Positions 1-9,626 of a DNA stretch of 64,000 nt are shown here, piece by piece (the first letter of the stretch is position 1; every line of letters begins with the position of its first letter). The notes below the pieces were generated by a model that had not been told where the DNA came from, made no database searches, and was given only the letters and a program-made list of their open reading frames with translations. Origin of the DNA: Candidatus Bathyarchaeota archaeon (GTDB lineage: Archaea; Thermoproteota; Bathyarchaeia; Bathyarchaeales; Bathycorpusculaceae); the NCBI GenBank assembly GCA_963733095.1, contig CAVTBV010000002.1:64001-128000 (forward strand), in the 5' to 3' direction. A program made the position numbers and the translations under genes.

Positions 1-761
1 AGTTGAACCCGTCTGTAGGATTCAAGATTTGGTGGCGATTTAGCTTCCAAAGCTGTTCCGCGGATGGGTGTGAAAGCGAAAAGTGCAGGCAAAACCCCCA
101 TATCAACGCACTTCTGAACCACATCAACCGTCTGCTTCTCTGTTTCGCCTAGCCCAACAATTACATGGGTGCTCACGTTTCCCTCGCCAAAAACATCCAA
201 TGCCTGGCTTAGCTGACGGAATTGGTTTTGCCAAGTGTAGGCTACGCCTGCATCTTTGCCCTTGACCTTATTGAATATCTCTTCTGTTGCGGCGTCCAAA
301 GCGATACCTATCCTGTCTACACCGGCGTTTGATAGGCGGACAATATTTTCTCTGTTAAGGGGTTGGCACGAAACCGAAACTGTGACTGTTGAGCGCTTTT
401 TTATCTCTTTCACAACCGTTTCGAGTTGGATGAAGACTTCTGGGTAGTTTAGGGCTTGGATGCAGACACGCTTGATTTTGCCCTTTTTCACCGATTTAGC
501 CAATGCAGTTAGAAGCTGCAGAGTTTGGAAAGTTGGCCAAGAAACCCGAGAGAGAAGGTCGGTGTTGCTTTTGCTAGCGCGTGCTTGAGGACAGAAACCA
601 CAGTTTGCCGTGCACTTGCCTGTTCTGTACGTCATCAAGTAAGCTGTTGTCGGTTCAGCATCCAGTTTGCCTTCTAAGAGCCCGAGAACAATGGCGGTGC
701 CTAAGGAAACGCGAATCTGCTCGGGCAAGCCCGAAGGATTTGAACATGTCTGTTTTTGCAA
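1..761 (-). CDS. Radical SAM protein, biotin-synthase-related (COG2516 / LipS2-like lipoyl synthase subunit); truncated by window edge
   Basis: Hand translation from TTG at 761: LQKQTCSNPSGLPEQIRVSLGTAIVLGLL...PTTAYLMTYRTGKCTANCGFCPQAR...STHVIVGLGETE...FAFTPIRGT. It has a CxxxCxxC motif and stays open to base 1. Not in the ORF track. Confidence 0.8.
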   Translation of the reverse strand, partial: MQKQTCSNPSGLPEQIRVSLGTAIVLGLLEGKLDAEPTTAYLMTYRTGKCTANCGFCPQARASKSNTDLLSRVSWPTFQTLQLLTALAKSVKKGKIKRVCIQALNYPEVFIQLETVVKEIKKRSTVTVSVSCQPLNRENIVRLSNAGVDRIGIALDAATEEIFNKVKGKDAGVAYTWQNQFRQLSQALDVFGEGNVSTHVIVGLGETEKQTVDVVQKCVDMGVLPALFAFTPIRGTALEAKSPPNLESYRRVQ

Positions 762-801
762 TGAAGGCACCACAATTGTTGAGAAATAGTCTATTTTGGG
801 G

Positions 802-1317
802 CTATTTTAGTATAGTGTGATTTTTTCTAGTCAGGCATACTATACGGCTTGTTATTGAAATCAGAAAGAAACCCACAAATGCATACTGAACAAAAGTGAA
901 CACTGCCAGAATGGGCCAAAGCAAAGTCAACACGATGGCTATGTAGAGGGCGCTTCCGAGATAGCGTCCTACTGGGTCGTAGAATTTTTTGGCATATAAG
1001 CTTGTGATTAAGAACTGAATGAATGCAGCCACGATGAGTAGCAGCAGCCAAAGCGGATAGTTTCCGACAGAGTAAAAAATTATGAAAATTCCAATCATGA
1101 GGATGAAGTCAGTTGTGGCATCGAAGTATCCGCCAAACCTTGTGGTTGCTCTAAATTTTCTGGCGAGGTAGCCGTCGAAGAAGTCTGTGGCTGCACAAAA
1201 AGTAAGCAAACCCAAACATGCGGCTTCGTTTCCCAAGTTGTAGAGGTAAAAGAAAAGGGGTAAAGCTACGATTCGCAGAGAACTTATGAATGTGGGAAGG
1301 GCACTTTGTTTTTTCAT
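802..1317 (-). CDS. CDP-alcohol phosphatidyltransferase family protein
   Basis: TDFFDGYLARKF...FGGYFDATTD matches the DxxDGxxAR...GxxxDxxxD signature; hydrophobic. Confidence 0.9.
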   Translation of the reverse strand: MKKQSALPTFISSLRIVALPLFFYLYNLGNEAACLGLLTFCAATDFFDGYLARKFRATTRFGGYFDATTDFILMIGIFIIFYSVGNYPLWLLLLIVAAFIQFLITSLYAKKFYDPVGRYLGSALYIAIVLTLLWPILAVFTFVQYAFVGFFLISITSRIVCLTRKNHTILK

Positions 1318-1423
1318 GGTTGCACTTTATCAGGTTTTCTTTTTCTGACTCTTCTTTCCCATGAGACTATGGTTGCATTGCACGCAGTTAGGATATTTAA
1401 AATAGCCCTTGTTAACCACTTGC

Positions 1424-2812
1424 TTACCGCATACACTCAAACGCAAAATCAGTCAAGCGCTCAAAAGGCCAACCCAACACTCCATAAACTGTCTTCCCCA
1501 AGTATTTTCGCCCATGAAATTGCACCTGCGCCTTCCCAATCGCAAACTTTAATTTTCCCTCACTAAAACCCGACGCATACAGCAGCTTGTGACGGATTAA
1601 GCGGTAGTTTTTGGGTTCCTCCCAATCCTCAATCGAAACGCCATGGTCCTTTACTCGTTCGTAGAGTGGGGTTCCTGGAATTGGGTAAGGCAGGGTGAAG
1701 GATAAATAGTCAAGCGGCAAATGCGACGCAAAACGTAGAGTATCGAGGACTGTTTTGTTGTTCTCGCCGGGATATCCGACTATGAAGAAGGCACCGACAT
1801 TTAGTCCCGCCGCTTTAGCTGCGTTGACGGCTCGTTGAGCTTGCGCGGTCGTGATTTTTTTCTTCATTAGACCCAAGATTGAATCGTTGCCCGATTCGAT
1901 TCCGAAGAAAACCCCGATGCAACATGCGCGTTTCATGCCCTCCGCAACTTCAGTATCCATCGTGTCAACACGCGACAAGCACTCCCAACCAATATCCAAA
2001 CGGCGCCGGACAATTTCATTGCACACATCCAAAACGTGATTGCGGTTCAATGTAAAGCAGTCATCTGCAAACCAAACACGGTCATATCCTAACGCCGCAA
2101 TTTGCTCCACTTCATCAACTATGTTGGTGACAGAACGGGTTCGCATGTCGGCGCCGAAGATGGGTCTGCTGCAGAAATCGCAGGAGAAGGGACACCCGCG
2201 CGAAGTAATCATTGATGTGATTGAGTAGCCAAAGCGGTCGCGGTAGTACTTTTGGTAGGCTTTATTATCAAACAGGTCGCGGGTTGGAAAATCTAAGTTG
2301 TTGAGGTTTTCGATAAATTGTCTGGGAGCATTTTTGATAGTGCGTTCGCCATCTTTGAAGACCAAGCCCTTGACGCCCGACAAACCTTTGTGCTGATCAA
2401 CACAGTCCGCCATCTCTAACATGGTTTGTTCACCTTCGCCCACCGCAACCACATCAAAAACACCCAGAAAACCTTCAGGCTCCCAAGAGGGCAAAGGACC
2501 ACCAACCACAAACAAAGAATCCCTCAAACCCTCATCCCTAAGAACTTGAGCTAATTCTAAAGTAGTTTTTTTCATCGAAAACATCGAATAGAACCCTACA
2601 ATGTGCGGTTTGGCGTGTTTTACGCGTTCTACGGCTTCCCTGAACTGCATAAAGGTGCAGTCGACTAACTCAACTTCAGTACCTTGTTTTTTTAGCGCGG
2701 CAGCTATATATCCTAATCCTAAGGGTGGAAAACGAAAAATAGAATTATCGTTTCCCGGATGAAAATAAGGATAAACTAAAGCAACTTTAACGGTCATTTG
2801 TTTTTTAGCCAC
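1424..2812 (-). CDS. Cobalamin-binding (class B) radical SAM enzyme
   Basis: N-terminal B12-binding domain (PPLGLGYIAA...VVGGP...GEGE); SRGCPFSCDFC cluster motif; GIESG and GYPGE. Confidence 0.9.
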   Translation of the reverse strand: MAKKQMTVKVALVYPYFHPGNDNSIFRFPPLGLGYIAAALKKQGTEVELVDCTFMQFREAVERVKHAKPHIVGFYSMFSMKKTTLELAQVLRDEGLRDSLFVVGGPLPSWEPEGFLGVFDVVAVGEGEQTMLEMADCVDQHKGLSGVKGLVFKDGERTIKNAPRQFIENLNNLDFPTRDLFDNKAYQKYYRDRFGYSITSMITSRGCPFSCDFCSRPIFGADMRTRSVTNIVDEVEQIAALGYDRVWFADDCFTLNRNHVLDVCNEIVRRRLDIGWECLSRVDTMDTEVAEGMKRACCIGVFFGIESGNDSILGLMKKKITTAQAQRAVNAAKAAGLNVGAFFIVGYPGENNKTVLDTLRFASHLPLDYLSFTLPYPIPGTPLYERVKDHGVSIEDWEEPKNYRLIRHKLLYASGFSEGKLKFAIGKAQVQFHGRKYLGKTVYGVLGWPFERLTDFAFECMR

Positions 2813-3022
2813 CGAAAAACATCGGGTATTCCAAAGGGGTCCTTAAAACTTGTCTTATTGAATAATCGTTTGTTTGCTTAAAAACCTTCTACAACTTGTC
2901 AACTGAGAGAATATTTTATTTTGCTAGAAGGTTTGTTTGGCAAAACTTTATTATTCGACTGTGAAAATTTACATTCGGTTGAAAAAAGGTGTTCATGACC
3001 TTCTAACGTACCTTGGGTTGGT

Positions 3023-3676
3023 TTGATGGTTGACTTAACCGATTTGGGTTTCTTGAAAGGTAAAATTTTTGAGGTCATAGTCTCAACCTACAACATGGAT
3101 TGGACTCCAAACGCAGCACCCATGGGCACCACAATGCAAAACCCCCAAACCATCAGCCTAAACATCTTCAATTCCTCACAAACAAGCCGCAACCTGAAAA
3201 CAAACAAATGCGGCATCATCAACTTGACAAATAATATAGAATTTTTCTATAAAGCCGCCTTCAAAGAAGCAAACCCTGATATGAAGCCACCGCAAGACTG
3301 GTTCGAGGAGGCAGAAACGGTAAACGCACCAAAACTAAGGTTGGCAGATGCAACCCTCGAAGTTACAGTAGCCGAATTAGAGCCGATTGGGACAGAGAAA
3401 ACCCGATTCTCCTGCAACGTCGAGCAAATAAATGCACGCAAGATGCTTCCGCAGGTTTACTGCCGTGCCATGCCTGCAGCCCTTGAAGCTATCCTCCACG
3501 CAACCCGATTAAAAGTCTTCGCCAAACAAGAAAAGAAGATGCAACAGGTCAGCCAGCTTTTAGGATTGATTGAAAACTGCAACGAAGTAGTAAACCGCAC
3601 GGCTCCAGATTCTGTATACTCTGCGGTTATGGCTGATTTAAGGAAAAGAACCGATTCGTGGAGCAACAGGCTTTGA
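3023..3676 (+). CDS. DUF447 family FMN-binding split-barrel protein
   Basis: EVIVSTYN...PNAAPMG...SQTSRNL...NRA-like/ALEAILHATR pattern; TTGA overlap with the downstream DHPS-like gene. Confidence 0.8.
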   Translation: MMVDLTDLGFLKGKIFEVIVSTYNMDWTPNAAPMGTTMQNPQTISLNIFNSSQTSRNLKTNKCGIINLTNNIEFFYKAAFKEANPDMKPPQDWFEEAETVNAPKLRLADATLEVTVAELEPIGTEKTRFSCNVEQINARKMLPQVYCRAMPAALEAILHATRLKVFAKQEKKMQQVSQLLGLIENCNEVVNRTAPDSVYSAVMADLRKRTDSWSNRL

Positions 3677-5235
3677 AAGTACTCTTGGTTACAGGCACGC
3701 TTGCAGAGGACACCGTTAAAGGTTACGCCAAAGAAAGTATCGTCGAAACAGAAACGTTGGCGCTCAAGATGGCCGTAGCCGCCCTTTTAACTCCACAAAA
3801 CATCACAAACGCCCTCAAAAGCGCAAAATTATCTGATTTTAACATGATTTTAATTCCTGGTTTAGTTAGGGGTGATGCCACTGTAATCTCAAAAGCGGTT
3901 GGTGTTCCAGCTTTTAAGGGTCCAAGGTATGCGGCTGACTTGCCGACTGTTCTAGATTCACTTTGCGAAATTCAACTTTCACCCCTTGTGCCAGCTGACG
4001 ATTTGTTGAGGGAAAAACTCCAGCAAAAAGCATTGGCGGAAATCAAGAAAGTAGAACAAAAACGTGAGGAACTCATCAAGAAACCTGGCAACATGGTGAT
4101 TGGAACTCTGGCAGTTGGCAAAGACTTTCCTATGAGGGTACTTGCGGAAATTGTCGATGCAGCAACGATGGATAAAGAAGCAATCCAGCAAACCGCAAAA
4201 CGCTTTGTCGCTGCAGGCGCAGACATCATCGACGTCGGCATGGTTGCAGGCGAATCTCAACCTGAAAAAGCCAAGCGTATGGTTAAGTGGGTTAAACAGG
4301 TTGTAGCCGTGCCTGTGAGCATAGATACGCTTGACCCAGCCGAAATAAAAGCAGCCGTAGAGGCAGGAGCAGACCTCGTTTTAAGCGGCGATTCAGGAAA
4401 CATTGAAGAAATAGCACCTTTCGTTTCCAAAGTAACAGTGGTCGTTATACCCACTAACCAGCAGCAAGGTTACTTCCCAAAAAAAGCTCAAAAACGTGTC
4501 ACATACCTTGAAGAAACAATAGAAAAAGCAAAAAAGTTGGGCGTGGCAAGGTGTATTGCGGATCTAATTCTTGATCCATGTGACGTTCTGGAATCTTTTG
4601 TTGCTTTCAAGGAGTTTGCGGCAAGAAATCCCGCGGTACCGCTCTTTGTAGGCGTTTCCAACGTCACTGAACTCATTGATGCAGACTCGGTGGGCGTTAA
4701 TGCTGTTCTTGCCAAATTATCCTCGGAGGCGGGTGCATGTATGCTTTTGGCTACTGAGAAAAGCGACAAAGCAAAGGGCACGGTCGCTGAAGAGGTTGCA
4801 GCCTCCAAAATGATGTTTCTTGCCAAGAAACGTGGGTCAGTTCCAAAAGACCTCGGAATAGACCTTCTTGTCCTGAAGGATAAGCGCAATCGCGAAGAGC
4901 CATACGAAAAAACTTTGGAGCAGAAAACCCGTGTTTTGCAGGCTGGGGGCAAAGAGAAGTATGCTGAATTGGATAAGGCAGGGTCTTTTAGGCTTTTTAT
5001 CGACCGCCAAGAACAAAATCTTGTGGCTGAACATTTCGCCTTAACGGATGCTGCGACTCCGACAATGATTGTTAAGGGCAAAACAGCGGAGCAGGTTTAC
5101 AGTCAGATTGTTGAGCGTGGTTTACTTTCAAAGCTTGACCATGCGGCTTACTTGGGCAGTGAGTTGGCGAAAGCCGAAATCGCCTTGCGAACAGGAAAAG
5201 AATACGTCCAAGATAAGAGTATGTTTAAGGAATAA
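3673..5235 (+). CDS. Dihydropteroate synthase-related protein (MJ0107/Orf20-like, C-terminal DUF4346)
   Basis: KVLLVTGTLA N-terminal domain; pterin-binding barrel (RVLAEIVDA, GADIIDVG, SIDT, GVSNVTELIDADSVG); C-terminal HAAYLGSELAKAEIAL...YVQD. The start is probably TTG at 3673. Confidence 0.88.
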   Translation: MKVLLVTGTLAEDTVKGYAKESIVETETLALKMAVAALLTPQNITNALKSAKLSDFNMILIPGLVRGDATVISKAVGVPAFKGPRYAADLPTVLDSLCEIQLSPLVPADDLLREKLQQKALAEIKKVEQKREELIKKPGNMVIGTLAVGKDFPMRVLAEIVDAATMDKEAIQQTAKRFVAAGADIIDVGMVAGESQPEKAKRMVKWVKQVVAVPVSIDTLDPAEIKAAVEAGADLVLSGDSGNIEEIAPFVSKVTVVVIPTNQQQGYFPKKAQKRVTYLEETIEKAKKLGVARCIADLILDPCDVLESFVAFKEFAARNPAVPLFVGVSNVTELIDADSVGVNAVLAKLSSEAGACMLLATEKSDKAKGTVAEEVAASKMMFLAKKRGSVPKDLGIDLLVLKDKRNREEPYEKTLEQKTRVLQAGGKEKYAELDKAGSFRLFIDRQEQNLVAEHFALTDAATPTMIVKGKTAEQVYSQIVERGLLSKLDHAAYLGSELAKAEIALRTGKEYVQDKSMFKE

Positions 5236-5289
5236 TCAACATCCAAGTCGTCTAAAAGCTATTAAACAATTAAAGGTAAATGCCAAGTT

Positions 5290-5608
5290 ATGTCTCGGTT
5301 ATCAAAATGGCTTGGAATAATAGTCGCTTTGAATACTGTTTTGATTTTGTTTTTTGTTTTTAACTGAATATGGAATCGGGTATGAATTGAATCGTTATCC
5401 TGGCGATTTACATTATATTTGTTGGAGTCCTTTTTTGATTCAAGATTCGCATGCTGTTATTTTTTTAAATGGTAATTGGGTGGGCGTAGGCGCCGACGTT
5501 TTAATGTTAAACCTTCCTTTCTGGTTATTCTTTGCATCAACTGCACTGAACTTGTTCTTTATCATAAAACTCTTAAGAGATAAAGAAAAACAGAAGCCTA
5601 AAAAATAG
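5290..5608 (+). pseudogene. Small membrane protein, frameshifted in a T-rich tract
   Basis: ATG at 5290 gives MSRLSKWLGIIVALNTVLILFFVFN*. The reading continues in another frame (ORF 5354..5608) and ends in a TM helix plus basic tail. Confidence 0.5.
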
Positions 5609-5640
5609 GCTTAGATTAAGCCGCAAAAGGCGAAGCGTTG

Positions 5641-6792
5641 TTATAGTTTTTTGAACTGGCTCAATCCTTCAGTGACCTTCTCTCCAAGGTAAAGGTTGCT
5701 AAAGACTGTTCCCTCACTTTCTCCGAGTCGCATAGCGTCTATGAGTTGTTTGTATTTGCCTCCAGCTAAACCATTAGCGAACACCGCGGCGCCCTCCGCT
5801 GCCTGCTTAGTTACAGCTGCTTTGCTCTCAAGAACAATAATATCCACTTTCAAACCCATTTCAGAAAAGAAACCTGAAAGCGCACCCTTCATTGCTGCCA
5901 AAAACTCAGGTATCCGCGTGAATCTTCCGCTGAGCACTATTTCCTTTGGTTTAACATTTGGCAACAGTGAGCCTACATCTTTGACTATGGCTTCCAGCAT
6001 CATGTCGTAGCCTTGTTTGGCTTGCTGTTCGGTTTTTGCCTCTTTGAGAAATTCCTCCAAAGGCTTAGAGGCATCGATTCCTGCAAAAGATGCTACTCCA
6101 CCAGCGAAGAGAAGTTGCTTGGAAAAATCGTCGGTGGCGTTGGCTACGGCGTAAGCTACTTCTGAATCCCAAAAGCCGCTGCCAAGAAACGACGGAAACC
6201 CGGCAGTACCAGCCATGGCATCGATTATTTGTCCGTTTTTAACGGCGATTGCTGAGGTGTATCCGAATCCGACTTCAACAAGAATCAAAGAAGTTTTATC
6301 ATAAGGAATTTTTAACCTTTCAGCTTGATCCTTCACTGCCAAAACAACACTTAAAACCTTGTCCGAGGTTCCCATATCAATTCTATTCGCTTTTCGATAT
6401 TTCGGCACGGTCTTTAGGTGGATGACTCCCTGAGTAAAATGCGTGTTCAAATCATCCGCGTTTCGGAGCAGTTGCATGAGTTCTCTTAGCCCGATGATTC
6501 TTAGTCGTCTTTTAATGTCAGCAACTGTAACAAAGGTTGCCGACGCAATATCCTCATCGGATGCATCCTTGGCTTTTTTGAGGTGCATTCCATAACCCGA
6601 CGGTCCCACGATGGCGTCGATTTTTCCAAATTGTTCTTGGGCTTCCCGAATTTTTTCAACCACGAGTCTAGCGCTTTTAGTTATCTCGTCTCTAGGAATA
6701 GCCACGTCAATTATGATGCTTCCGTCTTTGTCGTCGAAGCCAAAAATATCCATAGTTTTTGTTCCAGAGTCAATCCCTATGGATTTAACCAA
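5641..6792 (-). CDS. DUF1464 family protein (ASKHA/butyrate-kinase-like ATPase fold)
   Basis: IGIDSGTKT (phosphate-1), GPSGYG, RKANRIDMGTSDK, LVEVGFGYT (phosphate-2), IVLSGRF, KQAAEGAA. Confidence 0.85.
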   Translation of the reverse strand: MVKSIGIDSGTKTMDIFGFDDKDGSIIIDVAIPRDEITKSARLVVEKIREAQEQFGKIDAIVGPSGYGMHLKKAKDASDEDIASATFVTVADIKRRLRIIGLRELMQLLRNADDLNTHFTQGVIHLKTVPKYRKANRIDMGTSDKVLSVVLAVKDQAERLKIPYDKTSLILVEVGFGYTSAIAVKNGQIIDAMAGTAGFPSFLGSGFWDSEVAYAVANATDDFSKQLLFAGGVASFAGIDASKPLEEFLKEAKTEQQAKQGYDMMLEAIVKDVGSLLPNVKPKEIVLSGRFTRIPEFLAAMKGALSGFFSEMGLKVDIIVLESKAAVTKQAAEGAAVFANGLAGGKYKQLIDAMRLGESEGTVFSNLYLGEKVTEGLSQFKKL

Positions 6793-6794
6793 GA

Positions 6795-7772
6795 CTACTT
6801 GCCCCCGATGACTGCTCCAACATTGTTAGCTTTAGTGACGAAGACTTCTCCTCCGCCATTCTTCGCCAAGTATGTGCTAAGTTCCTTTGAGAGAGTTTCA
6901 GCTTCGCTTTGGTGGTCCATTATGCCATAGATTGTTGGTCCCCAAGAAGTCTGGCAAGCACAAGTGCTTCTGTGCAGCATAATTTTTATAGCCTCTTCAA
7001 CGACGGGGTGGCAGTATGTTCTGCCACATTGGTATTCATTCCAGAATTTGCCCAATTCAGAATTGAACGCTGTTAAGCCTTCTCCGAAGGATTTGAGGTC
7101 GCATTCAACAATGGAGGGTATGATTTTGACCAGTACGATTCGTGAGAGCATGTCTGAGGTTTCTTTAGGCATCAGCTTGAGGTTTCGCAGGATGTGGTCC
7201 TCGTTTTCCCTCATTTTAACGATTTTCTCTTGAGGCTCGTTTGCAATGGCGATGACAAAGTGCCAGTTGTTCGGAACGTCCTGATGGAAGATTAATGGAG
7301 GAATCATCTTTTCTCTTTCTTTAACTCGAAAACCACCTTCAACAATGAATCCGCCGACTTTGAAAGCATGAACGCCAAGGCTCGTGATGGCTCCCCGCTT
7401 CATAGCCAAGGCGATTTCTTCAGTGGTTAACTTTAATCCATACAATTTAGCTAAAGCACTCCCGATCGAAAGCGCAAGAGTTGTGTGGTATCCCATGCCC
7501 ACAAACTTTGGAATACTCTTCTTAACCTTGACTTCTGCGCCTGCTAAATCAAAAGTTTCTGCAAAACGTTTAGTGAAAATGTATGCCGCATCATCTTCCG
7601 CTTTAACTTCATCAGCTTTGGCAACTTCAATTTCAAGACACCTATCGACTGCGAAACCGACGGTTCCATACAGTCTTCCAAGGTCTCCGGTCATGTCAAA
7701 ATTTCCAGTGTGAAGATGAGCAGGGGCAACTACTTTCACTTTGTTAGTTTCTTGCATTAAGTTCCACTGCAT
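6795..7772 (-). CDS. Beta-RFAP synthase-like GHMP-fold protein, divergent paralogue
   Basis: APAHLHTG, GRLYGTVG, GGFIVEGG, QTSWGPT, ANNVGA. The GHMP loop is GMGYHTT instead of GLGSGTQ. Confidence 0.8.
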   Translation of the reverse strand: MQWNLMQETNKVKVVAPAHLHTGNFDMTGDLGRLYGTVGFAVDRCLEIEVAKADEVKAEDDAAYIFTKRFAETFDLAGAEVKVKKSIPKFVGMGYHTTLALSIGSALAKLYGLKLTTEEIALAMKRGAITSLGVHAFKVGGFIVEGGFRVKEREKMIPPLIFHQDVPNNWHFVIAIANEPQEKIVKMRENEDHILRNLKLMPKETSDMLSRIVLVKIIPSIVECDLKSFGEGLTAFNSELGKFWNEYQCGRTYCHPVVEEAIKIMLHRSTCACQTSWGPTIYGIMDHQSEAETLSKELSTYLAKNGGGEVFVTKANNVGAVIGGK

Positions 7773-7807
7773 CGCAGTGCCGTTTGCAGAATTATAAGTT
7801 TTTCGTT

Positions 7808-8779
7808 TCAGTTTTTGTAGACTCTTATTACTGCTCCCCGATTACGGACCTTGGCAACAAACACGTTCCCGCCAACGTCCCCATCGAGGAAAGCCTGAGT
7901 TTTAGCCCGAACCCCTTCAGATTCGTTGCTTTTCACTATGCCATAAACCGCAGGTCCCCAAGAACTCTGCCCAGCTCCGCAAGCTCTATTTTCAAGCATA
8001 AACCCAATAGTCTGGGCTGCTGGAGAACTTGAGAATCGTCCACCTTGGGCCTTTGCAAAACTGTCGCCCACAATGTTCTGAATCTGCGTCACGGCTGCTC
8101 CAAAATTTTCTATCTCTTTTTCAGCTAGGGCTGGTAGAAGCTTCATCATTATCAACCTGCAGATTTTGCCCACCTCTTGGGCTGGCATCGGCGGAAGTCT
8201 TTTGAACGCTACAGTTTCAGCTTCTTTTGCTAACCCCTTTTTTGTATTGGGAATTGCAACTACAAATCGCCATTCATTGGGGAAAGGTTGACGACAGATA
8301 AGTGGGGTAATCTTGTGGTTGGGATTTTGTGTGTTCTTTCCAGATTCAACAACCAATCCCCCCTGCGCGAACACAGCGGTGCCCACGCCAGACTGCGTAG
8401 TTCTCCCCAAAACGGCAGCCCATTCATGTGGCGAAGCCTTTACATCAAACAAACGTGAAATTGAAGCTGCAACAGCTAAAGCCAACTGAGTTCCAGACCC
8501 TAATCCTGCATGCTCAGGAATTACCTGTTTCACTTCAATCGCCACGTTTTCTTTTATTTTGTAGGCTTCCAAGAATCTGGCAGCTAGGTTTTGGGTTAAT
8601 TCAGCCTTTTCTCCTTTGACAGTTAACGTTTGCGACTTTTGGGCTTCGAGAATCACGTTGGGGTGATCAATGGCTACGCCTAAACCACCATAAATCCTGC
8701 CTAAATCACCGTTCAAATCTATAAGTCCCAAATGTAATCTTGCTGGAGTTTTCACGTAGATTTTAATGTTTTTTCTCAT
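7808..8779 (-). CDS. mptG: Beta-ribofuranosylaminobenzene 5'-phosphate synthase
   Basis: TPARLHLGLIDLNG, PEHAGLGSGTQLALA, SGVGTAVF.QGG, GQSSWGP, RNRGA. Confidence 0.88.
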   Translation of the reverse strand: MRKNIKIYVKTPARLHLGLIDLNGDLGRIYGGLGVAIDHPNVILEAQKSQTLTVKGEKAELTQNLAARFLEAYKIKENVAIEVKQVIPEHAGLGSGTQLALAVAASISRLFDVKASPHEWAAVLGRTTQSGVGTAVFAQGGLVVESGKNTQNPNHKITPLICRQPFPNEWRFVVAIPNTKKGLAKEAETVAFKRLPPMPAQEVGKICRLIMMKLLPALAEKEIENFGAAVTQIQNIVGDSFAKAQGGRFSSSPAAQTIGFMLENRACGAGQSSWGPAVYGIVKSNESEGVRAKTQAFLDGDVGGNVFVAKVRNRGAVIRVYKN

Positions 8780-8794
8780 GCCCTAACACCGAAA

Positions 8795-9277
8795 TTATGA
8801 CTTGGGTTTGATTTCTGATTTATCGTACTTTAGTTCAGAGAGAAGGTGAGAAACGGTTTTTTTGTAGGTAGGGTGGATGAAGTCTGGCTCAATTTCAGCC
8901 AAAGGAACCAAAACGAAGGCTCTTTCCTGAATTTTCGGATGTGGTATGTGCAAATCGTTCTCATCTACAATCTGGTCTCCGTAGAATAGGATGTCCAGGT
9001 CAATTATTCTAGGTCCGTTTCTTCCCCCTTCTTTTCTGCCCATTTTCTTTTCCGTACTTTTTAAAAAGTCAAGAAGTTCTCTTGGTTTCAATTCTGTTTC
9101 TACTTTAGCGGACCCGTTCAAGAACCAATCTTGATTTTCCAAATACATCGGCTTAGTTTCATAGAACGAGGATGTCTTGATTAGTTTTATTTTTTGTTTT
9201 AAAATTCCTAGTGCCCTGTTTATGTTTGCTTTTCTGTCTCCGATGTTGGACCCAAATGCGATGTATGCCTCAACCAT
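8795..9277 (-). CDS. folK: 6-hydroxymethyl-7,8-dihydropterin pyrophosphokinase (bacterial-type HPPK)
   Basis: AYIAFGSNIGD, SSFYETKP, QDWFLN, GPRIIDLDIL, IPHP.IQERAFVLVPL. Confidence 0.95.
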   Translation of the reverse strand: MVEAYIAFGSNIGDRKANINRALGILKQKIKLIKTSSFYETKPMYLENQDWFLNGSAKVETELKPRELLDFLKSTEKKMGRKEGGRNGPRIIDLDILFYGDQIVDENDLHIPHPKIQERAFVLVPLAEIEPDFIHPTYKKTVSHLLSELKYDKSEIKPKS

Positions 9278-9626
9278 TTCGGTCCCTTGTAATCTCAATT
9301 CCCATTTCTGGAGTTTTCCCGTATTTCTCTTTTTTTACGGCTACTGTTACTTTAAAGGTGAGGGAATTATTCAAGATGAGGGATGCAATGGTTTGTGCGA
9401 GGCTTTCTAAGAGTCTGAATTCGCCCTTTGTGACTGCGATGGTTACTTGTTCTTTGACTTGAGCGTAGTCTATGGATTTAGTTAGGTCGTCTGTTGTTCC
9501 TGCTTGGCTTAGGTCACAAAAAATTTCGATGTCTATTATTACGTTTTGTTTTTTTTCCCGTTCCTCTTTAGTAACGCCGATTGTGCAGGGTAAAACTAAA
9601 TTTTTGATTAAGACCTTATCCTTCAA
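9270..9626 (-). CDS. folB: Dihydroneopterin aldolase (bacterial-type)
   Basis: DKVLIKNL...IGV..EER...Q.VIIDIE...DDL..SIDY...F.LLESLA...V.V.K. Confidence 0.93.
   Translation of the reverse strand: MKDKVLIKNLVLPCTIGVTKEEREKKQNVIIDIEIFCDLSQAGTTDDLTKSIDYAQVKEQVTIAVTKGEFRLLESLAQTIASLILNNSLTFKVTVAVKKEKYGKTPEMGIEITRDRNG

Noticed and set aside
1-761. Idea that the edge radical SAM belongs to a lipid-modification operon with the next two genes
   Set aside because: The sequence matches the COG2516/LipS2-like family, which points to lipoate synthesis. Its diagnostic C-terminus lies outside the window.
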